From the NCBI RefSeq assembly GCF_001194135.2, contig NC_068982.1, forward strand, positions 49,585,990-49,649,989: 64,000 nucleotides of DNA. The letters run 5' to 3'. Position 1 is the first letter of the stretch; each line of letters starts with the position of its first letter. The DNA is from Octopus bimaculoides (Eukaryota). The notes under the pieces were generated by a model that saw only the letters and a list, made by a program, of their open reading frames with translations, searched no databases and was not told the origin of the DNA. Shown here piece by piece: positions 12,607 through 24,848 of the stretch. A program made the translations under genes and the position numbers.

Positions 12607-13667
12607 ATTTATACATGAATTTTCATCAGCTGAATATTTTCCGTCTTTATTTTCTCCCTATTTGCATGTATAATCTTTTATTGTTTTATTCTTTTACTTG
12701 AATCAGTCATTTGACTGTGGCCATGCTGGAGCACCACCTTTAGTCGAAAAAATCAACCCCAGGACTTATTCTTTGTAAGCCTAGTACTTATTCTATTGGG
12801 CTCTTTTTGCTGAACTTCTAAGTTATGGGGACGTAAACACACCAACATAGGTTGTCATGCGAGGGTGGGCGGAAAACACAGACATACAACATATACATAT
12901 ATGTTTCTGTCTACCAGATCCACTCACAAGGCTTTGGTCAGCCTGAGGCTATNNNNNNNNNNNNNNNNNNNNNNNNNNNNNNNNNNNNNNNNNNNNNNNN
13001 NNNNNNNNNNNNNNNNNNNNNNNNNNNNNNNNNNNNNNNNNNNNNNNNNNNNAGTTGAAATTTACTGAAAAATAAAAGACAGACAGGTGTATAAACAACA
13101 AACAGGTGTATTAGTTAAATTCGAGAAGGTGAGAAAATCTTTTGCATTTTAAGCTAACGCTCTTCAACAGTAAGGAACATGAGGAAATAAGCAGAGAGAG
13201 AATAAAAAGAGAAAATCAGTCAGTTGTCCATAAGTCAGGAAAAAAGCACAATCTAAAAGATTTTGCACAGTTATAATTTATGTAGTCAGGTAGTATACCC
13301 TTGGTTATAACTGGTCAGAATGTTACCATTGGTTTCATGTCTACTATTGCATTTGGCATATATGTATGTGAGTGTATCTATGTATGTGAAGGCATGTGAT
13401 CTGCTCTTTTGATCGCAAGATAGTGGTTTGACTCCCTGACTGGCAATGTGTTGTATTGTTGAGCAATTCATTTCATTTCCCATTGCTCCTGGCCACTCAG
13501 CAGTAAATGGATAGCTGTGTGACAGGATGGCATCCTGTTCAGTGGGAATGTTTGCCTGTCCACCAAGCCAACAGAGTGACCTCGTTTGAAAGTCATAACA
13601 ATGTAAGTAAGCACATTGTAACCAGCGATGTATAACATCTGAAAGACTGGCAAACACATTGACGTAT

Positions 13668-13908
13668 TCTCTTCTTCTTTGACTTGTTTCAGTCCTTTGA
13701 CTGTGGTCATGCTGCGGCACCACCTTGAAGGGTGTCTTAGTCAAACAAATCGACTCCAGGGTTTATTGTTTTACAGCCTAGTACTCATTCTATTGGTCTC
13801 TTTTGCTAAACTGCTAAGTTACGGGAACATAAACACACCAACACTGGTTGTCAAACAGTGATATGAGGACAAACACAGACACAAAGACACACGCACATAG
13901 AAATACAT

Positions 13909-13945
<37 letters not shown>

Positions 13946-14109
13946 CAATTGGCTTTTTTCAGTTTCCATATGCCAAATCCACTTGTAAGGCTATGGTCAG
14001 CCCAAAGCTATAGTAGAAGACATTTACCCAAGGTGCCTTGCAGTGAGACTGAACCTGGAACCATGTGATTGAGAAGCAAACTTCTTACCACACAGTCACA
14101 CCTACACCT
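13668..14109 (-). mobile_element. SINE family A, full length, minus. Other minus copies: 2215-2372, 9520-9675, 12686-12952, 15865-15990, 31605-31995, 39855-40020, 40208-40541, 59015-59140, 62705-62900, 63140-63290, 63415-63600, 63790-63990
   Basis: Reverse complement of the family A head and tail motifs. Confidence 0.85.
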
Positions 14110-15101
14110 ATGAGATATATATAAACACACACACACACACATATACATACATATATGAAACTCGTAGAAGATGGAAACTCCAGAAAACATGGGATGGAGC
14201 ACTGAAAGATGATCTTAGGACACTGACCCTTACAAAGGAAATTAAAAGGTACCGAAATACCTTGTGCCCTGTTGAACACAAGAAGACCTGTCCTCCACAG
14301 CAGAAGTATGTTAAGGCTGCTTCCCATGCTGAAGAGGATTGGCCTGCAAGAATCCTGTATCAGCACCAAGTAAAAGGCAGCTGTGCTAGTGCCACATAAA
14401 AGTCACCCAACACACTCTGTAAAGCAGTTGGTATTAGGAAGGGCATCTAGTCATAGAAACCAAACCAAATCAGACTGGAAACTGGCATATATATATATAT
14501 ATTGAGTTGCACACATAGTGGAGGTAAGGCACACATATTCAGAGTTAGATGGTGTAGGAATGTGTATGTGTTTGATGCTAATTCTCTTACATTATCTTTT
14601 ACAGTTAGAAATACAAACCAATTTGGTCACAAGGATAGTTCCCGACACAGGCTCAAGAAACTGGTGGGTGGGGATGGGGGAAAAGAGCCGACCACAGTGC
14701 ATGATTGGCATCCAGTCCATTCGTCCTATGTCTAAATACCCAAACACTGCACAGGCACATGCACACGCACACACACATCTATATGCTGGTGTTGGTGGTA
14801 TTGCAATACCAGCCTATGAGCAGGTGTGTAGTGCACTAGCTGTGTCTCTCTCTCTTCTCTCTCTCTTCTTGAACTGTCTTCAGTCGCAGAGACCAAGTAC
14901 ATGTTATGCCACATGCTCCGTTCCAGTTGCCAGTTAAGGAAGCACATACACTCTGACTGATAGTGTTGAGTATGATTACAACGGTTGTCAAAACAATATC
15001 AGGAATGGTTAATAATAATGTTCTCATGTGATTTAATTATATGGGAATGTTTCCAAGAAAATAAGAAACCAAACTGTAAATTAAATTAATTTGATACTTA
15101 C

Positions 15102-15203
15102 AGCAATGTCTTTAGCAGCGCGTGAAGGTGTTTTCCTGTAGTTCCAAATCTTAATCATTGACACAGTGGTGGGTTGATCAAATACAATATAAACTTTATT
15201 TAC
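15102..15203 (-). CDS. KATNIP: KATNIP coding exon, 102 nt, phase 0/0
   Basis: cttgatcatgatag| exon |gtaagt. Translates [34 protein letters not shown], matching recalled human [34 protein letters not shown]. Confidence 0.95.
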
Positions 15204-16301
15204 CTATCATGATCAAGTGAGAAAAACAAACAAAAGTCAGTGAGAAACAAGTAATGCCAATGTCATTCACAATACAATAAATCTCTTTTGTCCAGTTTAG
15301 CAAGAACTCTTGCTTGTTTCCATATAATTAATTGTTGTAGGTACTGACAATAAATTAGACGAAGTGTGATGCTCAATCACTGGCCTAATCTGGCATCACA
15401 ATTTAATGAGATGGAGCAGAATCTTCAAAGAAATCGTTTAAGGAAAATAAAGATGGGAAAAACGAATGCTTGAAGGCAAACCATGTAAAATCTCAGATTG
15501 TTTAAAATAAAATTGGTATGTACTGGAGACAGTTCGGTATTTCAACGTAATAAAAAGTTTGCAAATTTCCTGATACTGCCGACTGCATTAATCATTTTGT
15601 TGATACATGTAGACAATTGCTAGCAATTATCCCGTAACTACTGCAGTAGGAAGAGCTTGGGGGTAAGTTCATATGAGGCTAATTCACCTTGTATAAGATA
15701 GCAGAGACAAAGATGTTATATTTCTTGGAAGACAGCTGGGAAAAATAAGAATATATGGCAGAAAACAAACAATTCTAATTTGCATTTGGCTAAGTTAATG
15801 TTAGCATTTTATCTAGAGAGTATTAAAATTCAAATAGCGTGTGTGTGCGTGTACATATACACAACAGGCTTCCACATTACTTCTGTCTACCAAATTCAAT
15901 CATAAAACATTAATCAGCTCAGGGCTATAAAAGACACATATCCATGGTACTACACAGTAGGGTTGAACCCAAAACTATGAGACTGCAAAACATATACATA
16001 TCTGGGAGGCACAAGTATAATACCACTGTTGGTCAAACAGTGTCAAAGCAAAGATATGCAGGAATGCATAAACATTAAAATATGCACACATTCATGCAAG
16101 CATGCACATAACTGGTTATGTAAAGTTTCCATTCTCCAGTTTCATTCACAAGCCAATGGTCGGCTTGAGACTCACGGGAGAAGACTTTTATCCAAAGTGC
16201 CACATAGTGGACTAGACCTTGAAACCACATGGCTTTGGGAGCCCATCTCACTTCACATCCACACTCAAGTTTGCATCTATATTACAGATAAGCATACATA
16301 C

Positions 16302-16332
<31 letters not shown>

Positions 16333-16495
16333 GGCATAATCGTGGCTGTGTAGTTGGAAGCTTGCTTCCCAGCCACATGGTTCTGGGTTCAGTCCCATTG
16401 TGTGGCATCTTGGGCAAATATCTTCTACTATAGCCTCGGTTCGACCAAATCCTGTGAGTGGATTTGGTAGACAGAAACTGAAAGAAGCCTGTTGC

Positions 16496-16527
<32 letters not shown>

Positions 16528-17332
16528 NNNNNNNNNNNNNNNNNNNNNNNNNNNNNNNNNNNNNNNNNNNNNNNNNNNNNNNNNNNNNNNNNNNNNNNNN
16601 NNNNNNNNNNNNNNNNNNNNNNNNNNNNNNNNNNNNNNNNNNNNNNNNNNNNNNNNNNNNNNNNNNNNNNNNNNNNNNNNNNNNNNNNNNNNNNNNNNNN
16701 NNNNNNNNNNNNNNNNNNNNNNNNNNNNNNNNNNNNNNNNNNNNNNNNNNNNNNNNNNNNNNNNNNNNNNNNNNNNNNNNNNNNNNNNNNNNNNNNNNNN
16801 NNNNNNNNNNNNNNNNNNNNNNNNNNNNNNNNNNNNNNNNNNNNNNNNNNNNNNNNNNNNNNNNNNNNNNNNNNNNNNNNNNNNNNNNNNNNNNNNNNNN
16901 NNNNNNNNNNNNNNNNNNNNNNNNNNNNNNNNNNNNNNNNNNNNNNNNNNNNNNNNNNNNNNNNNNNNNNNNNNNNNNNNNNNNNNNNNNNNNNNNNNNN
17001 NNNNNNNNNNNNNNNNNNNNNNNNNNNNNNNNNNNNNNNNNNNNNNNNNNNNNNNNNNNNNNNNNNNNNNNNNNNNNNNNNNNNNNNNNNNNNNNNNNNN
17101 NNNNNNNNNNNNNNNNNNNNNNNNNNNNNNNNNNNNNNNNNNNNNNNNNNNNNNNNNNNNNNNNNNNNNNNNNNNNNNNNNNNNNNNNNNNNNNNNNNNN
17201 NNNNNNNNNNNNNNNNNNNNNNNNNNNNNNNNNNNNNNNNNNNNNNNNNNNNNNNNNNNNNNNNNNNNNNNNNNNNNNNNNNNNNNNNNNNNNNNNNNNN
17301 NNNNNNNNNNNNNNNNNNNNNNNNNNNNNNNN

Positions 17333-17376
<44 letters not shown>

Positions 17377-17813
17377 TTATTTAAAAGCAGCAGAAATATA
17401 ACAAAAAAAAACCGTTACTCTGAGTTTCACGTTCCCGTTCATTGGACAGTTTTGTTAGAAATGGAGAAAGGATAACTATATATATATATATATATATAGT
17501 TGAAATTTACAGAAAAACAAAAGATGCATGTTTAATAAGCATTGTAACTATATTTATTCAATTTAAAATGCAGAAATCCAAACAAGTAGTTCTGATTTTT
17601 AAACACAGATGGGCATTTACTGGGTAAGATCAGCTCTGGCTCTGAGCAGGTTGTGTGACTTTGAAGAGGCAGTACTATTCACTGGGGGGATTTAATTTGT
17701 AGCATTTAGGTAAATGAGAAAGCTACATGGTTACAATATGCAATAACCTCTTAGATAAATTGGGTAGATTGAAACTGTGAGAATCACATAGTATGTGTGT
17801 GTGTGTGTACGTG

Positions 17814-17862
<49 letters not shown>

Positions 17863-18197
17863 NNNNNNNNNNNNNNNNNNNNNNNNNNNNNNNNNNNNNN
17901 NNNNNNNNNNNNNNNNNNNNNNNNNNNNNNNNNNNNNNNNNNNNNNNNNNNNNNNNNNNNNNNNNNNNNNNNNNNNNNNNNNNNNNNNNNNNNNNNNNNN
18001 NNNNNNNNNNNNNNNNNNNNNNNNNNNNNNNNNNNNNNNNNNNNNNNNNNNNNNNNNNNNNNNNNNNNNNNNNNNNNNNNNNNNNNNNNNNNNNNNNNNN
18101 NNNNNNNNNNNNNNNNNNNNNNNNNNNNNNNNNNNNNNNNNNNNNNNNNNNNNNNNNNNNNNNNNNNNNNNNNNNNNNNNNNNNNNNNNNNNNNNNN

Positions 18198-18235
<38 letters not shown>

Positions 18236-19681
18236 ATACACATGCACATCAACAGCCATACACACACACACACACACACATATATATACATACATGTGTT
18301 TGGATATATCTGTGTACATTATTTGTCCCAACCACATGGTTCTAGATTCAGTCCTACTGTATGGCATTTTGGACAAGTGCCTTCTATCATAGCCTTGGGC
18401 CTTGTGAGTGAATTTGGTATACAGAAACTGAAAGAAGCCCATCGTATCTATCTGTGTGTGTGTGTGCGTGCGCGCATATCTTTGTGTCTGCTTGTTCCCT
18501 ATCACCACTTGGCAACTGTTGTTGCTGTGTTTATGTCCCTGTAACTTAGCAGTTCAGCAAAAGGAGCCAACAGAATAACCACTAGCTTTTAAAAAATAAG
18601 TTCTGGGGTCGAAATGTTCAGCTGAAACCCTTGAAAGTGGCTGCACAGCATGGCTACAGTCAAATGACTGAAACAAGTAAAAGATAAAAGGAAAGATACA
18701 GTGGTGAGAAAAAGCAGAACCAAACAAATGAATGCTTCAGGAACAAATTCACTTGAGATATTTGTTCTACACTGAGTTACATGCACTCCCTTGTCACACA
18801 GCAAAATTGCAATGAAGAAGTGAGGCTAATTATATGGCTAATCTACCACTACATTACTAACCTTTAACTAAAACCTTATAATCTGCTATAATAGGAGGCT
18901 TTTAGATGTCTTACTTAATCGAATGAGCTATAAGACAGCAGAAAGTTTTATTCAGCATAATGCATTCTAAAAAAAAAAAAAAAATAATAAGTTAATTTTG
19001 GCCCCAGATGAAGTTAACACATGAAATGAAGCAAGATAAAGGTAAGGAAATACACATTGCTAGGAATTTATCATGCTCAGGCTAGCATGGGAAAATTGAC
19101 ATTAACTGGAATATGGCTGACGATAAGGGGGAGGAGGAAAAGGGGAAGAAAGAGACAGGAAAAATGAAAGGAGAAGAAGTAGGAGAAGTGAAAGACCTGA
19201 GGGGGTTAAACAAGGTCGAGATTAAAGTATTAATTAGTGAAGTGTCAAGGAAAACAGTTGTAATCGTTATGCAGTGATTATTGATTTCTTCATTAGGACT
19301 ACGCAAAGGCAGTTTGGTTAGTCATGGGGAAGGAAACAGTTAAATGCATGATTCTGGTTGTATTACTGGTACCAGTTTTATTGATCACAGAGAAATGTTA
19401 TTAAATACAGTAGTGATGTGTGGAGGTGCATGGCTTAGTGGTTAGGGTGTTGAACTCATGATCGTAAGAATGTGGTTTCATTTCCTGGACCAGGCGATGT
19501 GTTGTGTTTTGAGCAAAATACTTCATTTCAAGTTGCTCCAATCTACTCAGCTGGAAAAATTAGTAATCCTATGACAAACTGGTGTCCTGTCGAGGAAGGA
19601 ATATATAAGCCCCAGAATGAGGAAACCAGTTCTGATCCTTACAGAGTAATGTGGAATAATGTATAGCAATGAAATGTTTAA

Positions 19682-19901
19682 CCCTTTAGTATTCAAACAA
19701 GCCATATCCTGCCCAAATATCCTACTTGCTTTATGTTGAAACTGGCCATATCTGGCCTCTTACACCTACCCTACAATGTCATTCTAAAAATATACAGTCA
19801 TATCACTGAAATCTCAAAGCTATGAGATAATTCATAATCAATTGAAAATGATATGAATAAATATGCTTTACACTTGGCAGAGTAATCTGAATACTAAAGG
19901 G
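19682..19901. mobile_element. 220-bp piggyBac-type MITE
   Basis: TTAA on both sides (19678-81, 19902-05) and a perfect 14-bp TIR ccctttagtattca / tgaatactaaaggg. Confidence 0.85.
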
Positions 19902-20104
19902 TTAATTTGATACTCTATTTTCACTAAATCACCAAATCTCACTCTGTTGCAATTATTGATTTCTTACAATCAAGCAACATGCTAATTTTCTTGGAGGTGT
20001 TGTTTTTGAAGAATAAGATCAAATATGGGTGATGCTTGGTTGTAGTTGGCATACAGATCACTAATAATTTTGAGGTGCAGAGGCCATTATAGTTGCAGTG
20101 AATA

Positions 20105-20520
20105 AATCATCATCATCATTTAACGTCCATTCTCCATGCCGACATTGGATGGGTAGTTTGATTGAAAACTGGTAAGCTGGGTAGCTGCACCAGGTTCCAG
20201 TCTGATTTGGCATGGTTTCTACAGCTGGATGCCCTTCCTAACACCAACTACTCCAAGAGTGTAGTGGGTGCTTTTTACATGCCATCAGCATGAGTGCCTG
20301 TTATGTTACACCAGCATCAGCCATGACTATGATCTCACTTGGCTTGACAGGTTTTCTCAAGCATGGTATATTGCCAAAGGTCTTGGTCACTTGTCACTGC
20401 CTCTGTGAGGCCCAACATTCAAAGGGTGCTTTTTACATGCCACTAGCACAGGTGCTAGTTACACAACACTAGCATTGGCCATGACTATTTATTTCACTTG
20501 GATTGACGGGTCTTGTCCAT
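20105..20520 (-). mobile_element. RTE LINE 3' end
   Basis: Same ORF terminus (MLGLTEAVTSDQDLWQYTMLEKTCQAK*) and UTR motif gttaggaagggcatccagc...ggacgttaaatgatgatga. Confidence 0.75.
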
Positions 20521-20544
20521 GAATAAATAAATAAATAAATAAAT

Positions 20545-21330
20545 AAAAGCAGAGTGATGAGTAGCACATCAATGAGTCAGGAACTGGGGTGAATTAGCAA
20601 AAGGATCCTTGTCAATTAGTCAGATGACCTTCTTTTGAATACAGTCAAGGCCAGTCATGAGTAAACTGTAGCCTACAGGATTTTGTGAATGTCAAGCCAA
20701 CAAAGAATTCCTAAAATTATCTTAGTAGTGTGGCCTGCCTGATGAACCATGTGTCATGTGGCCTGCTTCTCAAAAGAAGATTGCCCATGCCTGTTTTTGT
20801 GTGTAACGAGGGTTCTGTCCCAGACTTAAGGTCATTTAGTCTATTATAAATATCACTTGTACTTTGCAGAGTGTCAGTATTTGCTCTGAGCCCAACTATT
20901 TTCTGGCACCAAAGCATTGGGAATGTAATTTTTGTTATACTTTGAGTATAAAGATCACCTTGAGAGGCTTTCCGTAACTGTGAGGTTTGGCCTTTGTAGT
21001 GCTTTTGAGGGATTTTAACTATGTGCTACCTCAAAAACAGAAAGAGTCTAACAGGAGACTGTTTCCTGGGAGATGCAGTGATTGCTACTATGCTGATGAA
21101 AGTGTATTGTCATTATTGAAGGATATTTTAGAGGCCACTATTTGGGCAAGGAATGTAGATATTTTGTGAGGAGCCTTAGTTGCATGTGGATGATACCTGC
21201 ATGGGGGAAAAAATTAAGAGTCACACTGAAGAGTGGTATCAGGTGATACCACTGAACATCATTAGAGGAAATACCAAGCATATCATTAATGTACAGAAGG
21301 AAGAATGTGAAGGAAGTTGATGGCATATGG
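20545..21330 (-). mobile_element. Decayed CR1/L2-like LINE ORF2 (RT C-terminal) fragments
   Basis: Minus strand SFTFFLLYINDML (RT PxLFxLYINDL motif) near 21310-21270 and LDCIQKKVI*LID (LDRIQKRAIRLI-like) near 20650-20600. The intervening sequence is disrupted. Confidence 0.5.
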
Positions 21331-22126
21331 GTCAGAGAAAGGGAGAGAGATAAAGGCAGAGTGAGAAAAAGAGAGACAGGCAGAGTCATTTTTTATTTGT
21401 CTCAAAGATGTGATTAGATGGCCTAGTTTAGACAAAATTTTAAAAGATTACAAAAGATGTGTGAACATCACAGAATAAATCTTAGAAAATTCTTAAAAGA
21501 TACTTATTTTGCAATGAAGATTTATTTCCAGCAGAGCTACTTCAAATTATATTTCACTCATTCTTCATGCATGTAATTTTTAGTGATAGGCAATAGCCTA
21601 GACATGGATGGGCTTATTATTCTGCATTATGCATAGGTACATGGATGCAAAACTACAAAAACATTCAGTGACCCAATGAGCATTTAGACATTTCCATTTA
21701 ATGCAAGAACCAAAGAATGAAGAGGAGTTCACAGGAAGTCAAGTTTGTGATGTATATATTATTTCAGTTTTATGACACTTCAGTTACCTGCTGCACCTTT
21801 GATTTCTAACCATAATCACCAAACTGGAATGGAATGATTTATGCTGGGTTGACTTGTCCTTAACACAATACATGACAATGAAATCTGTGGAAGTGATCCA
21901 GCCATCTTTTAAAACATGGTATAAAACTTCAGAGGACTGTTAAGTATTTCCCTTTGATTGTTATTGACATCACAACAAAACTGGATTTCTCTTGCTGCTT
22001 GATTTCTAACTCAGAATCATAGAAGAGACTTTCAACAACACAACCTTCCACAAGAAAGCTGTCCATAGGGGTTGATTTGTGTATAACAGATAAGTCATAC
22101 CAATTAGTGCCAAAATTATTTATATA

Positions 22127-22915
22127 CGAGGCCTGTGGACTGTTGTCATACTAATGAAGCTAAAGCATGCAAAATAAAGCCGCTTGGCACAGACTGACCT
22201 TGAACTCTGTTGTGCATGCACACTAAATTTTAATGTTTGAGCTCACTTCTGCTGTTTACAGCAGTGCTTGGAAGGAAAGTGTGTAGCGTGTGATCGTCGC
22301 ATTCACCATGGCAGAGAAAGTTGTCATGGCAATACCTACTCAGAGGCCTACGCAAAGTTGCAGAAAGTGTATGAGGTACATAAAAGTGTACAAGTGATTT
22401 GGATGTTTCTAAGATGGCTGAAAAATGTCAATATTAATGAATGTTCTGGGAGACCTGTAACCAACAGAACTGAGAAAAACATTGCAGATGTATGTGCAAC
22501 TATGACGGGAAATCATCAAATCACCATCCATGAGTTATCAGAAGATGTGCAGTTTAGTTATGGTTTAGTTCAGTCCATTATCACTGAAGATTTTGGGAAT
22601 GAGATGCGTGTCTGCCAAATCTGTGCCAAAACTGCCTTCAGCTAACCATAAAGATACCCAGGTTTCAGTTGCATAAAATCTCCTCGATTGTCGAGAATGA
22701 TGAAAACTTTTTGAAAATTTTGTGTAGGCCTCTGAGCAGGTATCACCAAGCTTTATGCAAAATTTGATGCAGATTTTCTGCTCAACTTTCTCTCTCATGG
22801 TCAATGCGATGATCACAAGCTACACAACTTCCTTCCAAGCACTGCTGTAAACAGTGGAAGTGAGCTACAATGTTAAAACTTAGTGCGCATGCACAGCAGA
22901 GATCAGCCTACACTG
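22127..22915. mobile_element. Mariner-derived foldback element: plus-strand 5' half followed by an inverted second 5' end
   Basis: ta|cgagg start. Plus ORF ...SEAYAKLQKVY...SGRP...ELSEDVQFSYGLVQSIITEDFG. Minus ORF MREKVEQKICIKFCIKLGDTCSEAY. 22205-22356 is the reverse complement of 22718-22901. Confidence 0.8.
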
Positions 22916-24533
22916 ATAACAATGTATGCACACTAGTCAACTATACTATCAACAATGTAGACATGTGTTTACAGATTGACATAGAGTACCAATTGCATGA
23001 ACTGAATGTGGTGCATCTTGTACACGAAACACTGCTTGCAAACTACATCCATAATAAAGAACAAGAAACATCCTGATGTTGTTTGTGTCAAAAAGCCTCT
23101 ATAGAGTTGTCATAGATTGAATATTGCATCGAACATCAAAACCACAAAACAGAATATAGGAAACCTGGGGATTATAGTGGCTATTCTAACTAAAAAGTAA
23201 ATCTCACTATCACCAGCAGAAAAAGACTTGGTTACTACAACACAACCATTCAGTCTAGATTGTAAGTCTCATCTCGATGTTGTGAAGCTTGCTTCTCAAC
23301 CACATGGCTCCAGGGTCAGTCCCACAGCATGGCACCTTGAACAAGTGTCTTCTACTATGACCCCAGGCCAACCAAGGCCTAGTGAGTGGATTTGGTAGAA
23401 ACTAAAAAAAGCCCATCATATGTATGTGTGTGTGTGTGTGTCTGTCTGTCTGTCTGTGTGTGTGTATGCGTGTCTTTATGTCTGTGTTTGTCCTTCACCA
23501 CCACTTGACAACTGGTGTTGGTGTGTTTGCACCCCTGTACCCTAGCAGTTCGGCAAAGGAGACCAATAGAATAAGTACCAGGCTTTAAAAAATAAGTCCA
23601 GGGGTTGATTTATTTGATTGAAATCTTTCAAGGTGGTGCTCCAGCATGGCCACAGTCAAACGACTGAAACAAGTAAAAAAATAAAAAATAAAGGCTTTTT
23701 AATGCTGAAATATTGTAATAAAAAGTTAAAAAATGCAAATATTGCTTTTGTTTTGCTCCCACTACTTTAATTCCAACTGGCAGTGGCTTTCAGAAATAGT
23801 TTTAAATATATATATCTGTAGATATGTCTGTGTGCTTTTGTGTGTATGTGTGTGTACATACACACAAACATGCACATATATTAATATATTGTTAAAAGAA
23901 TATATATTTAGCCACAATGTTAAGTTTATTTTATGCTTTTAATGATTTTTTTTTCATCTTTTTATTGATTTCTTAAAGAAGCATATCTCCAATAAAAATG
24001 CTACACTGTATACTACAAAAATAGGAAAATATAATCTAGTTATATGGATTTTTTTTTCAAAGAAAATTGCAACCAATTAAATATTGTTTTCAATACATAT
24101 TGGAAGGTATTGGAATCAAAATTATTTGCATATAACCAGCTAAAATGAGAAACAATTCTTCATTGTCTTAAAATAAAACACAGAACACTTAAACTATAAG
24201 ACTGGCATCAATGAATCAATTCTTTTTTAGGAAATTACTATAGAAACTATGTTCTGAGTGATGCCAGTATATCGGTAACATTTACTATTTTTAAAATGGA
24301 GTTTAAAATGGAGCATTTGATCAATCATTGATAATATCTGATGTAATCGTCCTCAAACATCCTAAGTAAGACATTTTCAATTATATTTACTGGAATTAGA
24401 TATGGTAAAATATAGCCATCTTCCTGCTGTGGCATATCTAAATAAAGGCTAGAACAGATGTTTTTTAAGATAGGTTTAACCTTATATGCTTCTTATTAAG
24501 CATTTTTAAACAGATATTTTCATTCCTCTAAAA

Positions 24534-24848
24534 TAGGGGTTCTCTACAATTTTTTTTTTATCTAGAGACCCCTTGAATTCCTGTTTTACTTGAGAGGATC
24601 TCCATGACCATTTGATGTTTAAAAAGTCTTATTTCATATTTCAAATTAAATATTATTAGGAATTGTATGAAAATTGTTCAAATACTTTGTGTATTGTAAA
24701 AGTATAACCAATTTATTGCACATAAACTTTACTGGTCTGAAGCACAGGTTTTTTATAGCCCCTGAAAACTTACGGTAGAACCCCAATTTACAATATTGCA
24801 TCCATGGACCCCACAAAATCTTATATGGACCCAGGTTGAGAACCTCTT
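24534..24848 (+). mobile_element. hAT/Charlie-type MITE, uninterrupted 315 bp
   Basis: taggggttctctac...ggttgagaacctctt termini. TSD ctctaaaa (24526-33) / ctctaaat (24849-56). Confidence 0.72.

Noticed and set aside
14518-14937. 139-aa plus-strand ORF with an apparent acceptor at about 14622
   Set aside because: No recognisable domain, partly microsatellite-encoded, and no supporting exons.
22318-22333. RFX X-box-like GTTGTCATGGCAAT, attractive for a ciliary gene
   Set aside because: Imperfect half-site (AAT rather than AAC), formed at a deletion junction in a mariner remnant. Likely chance.
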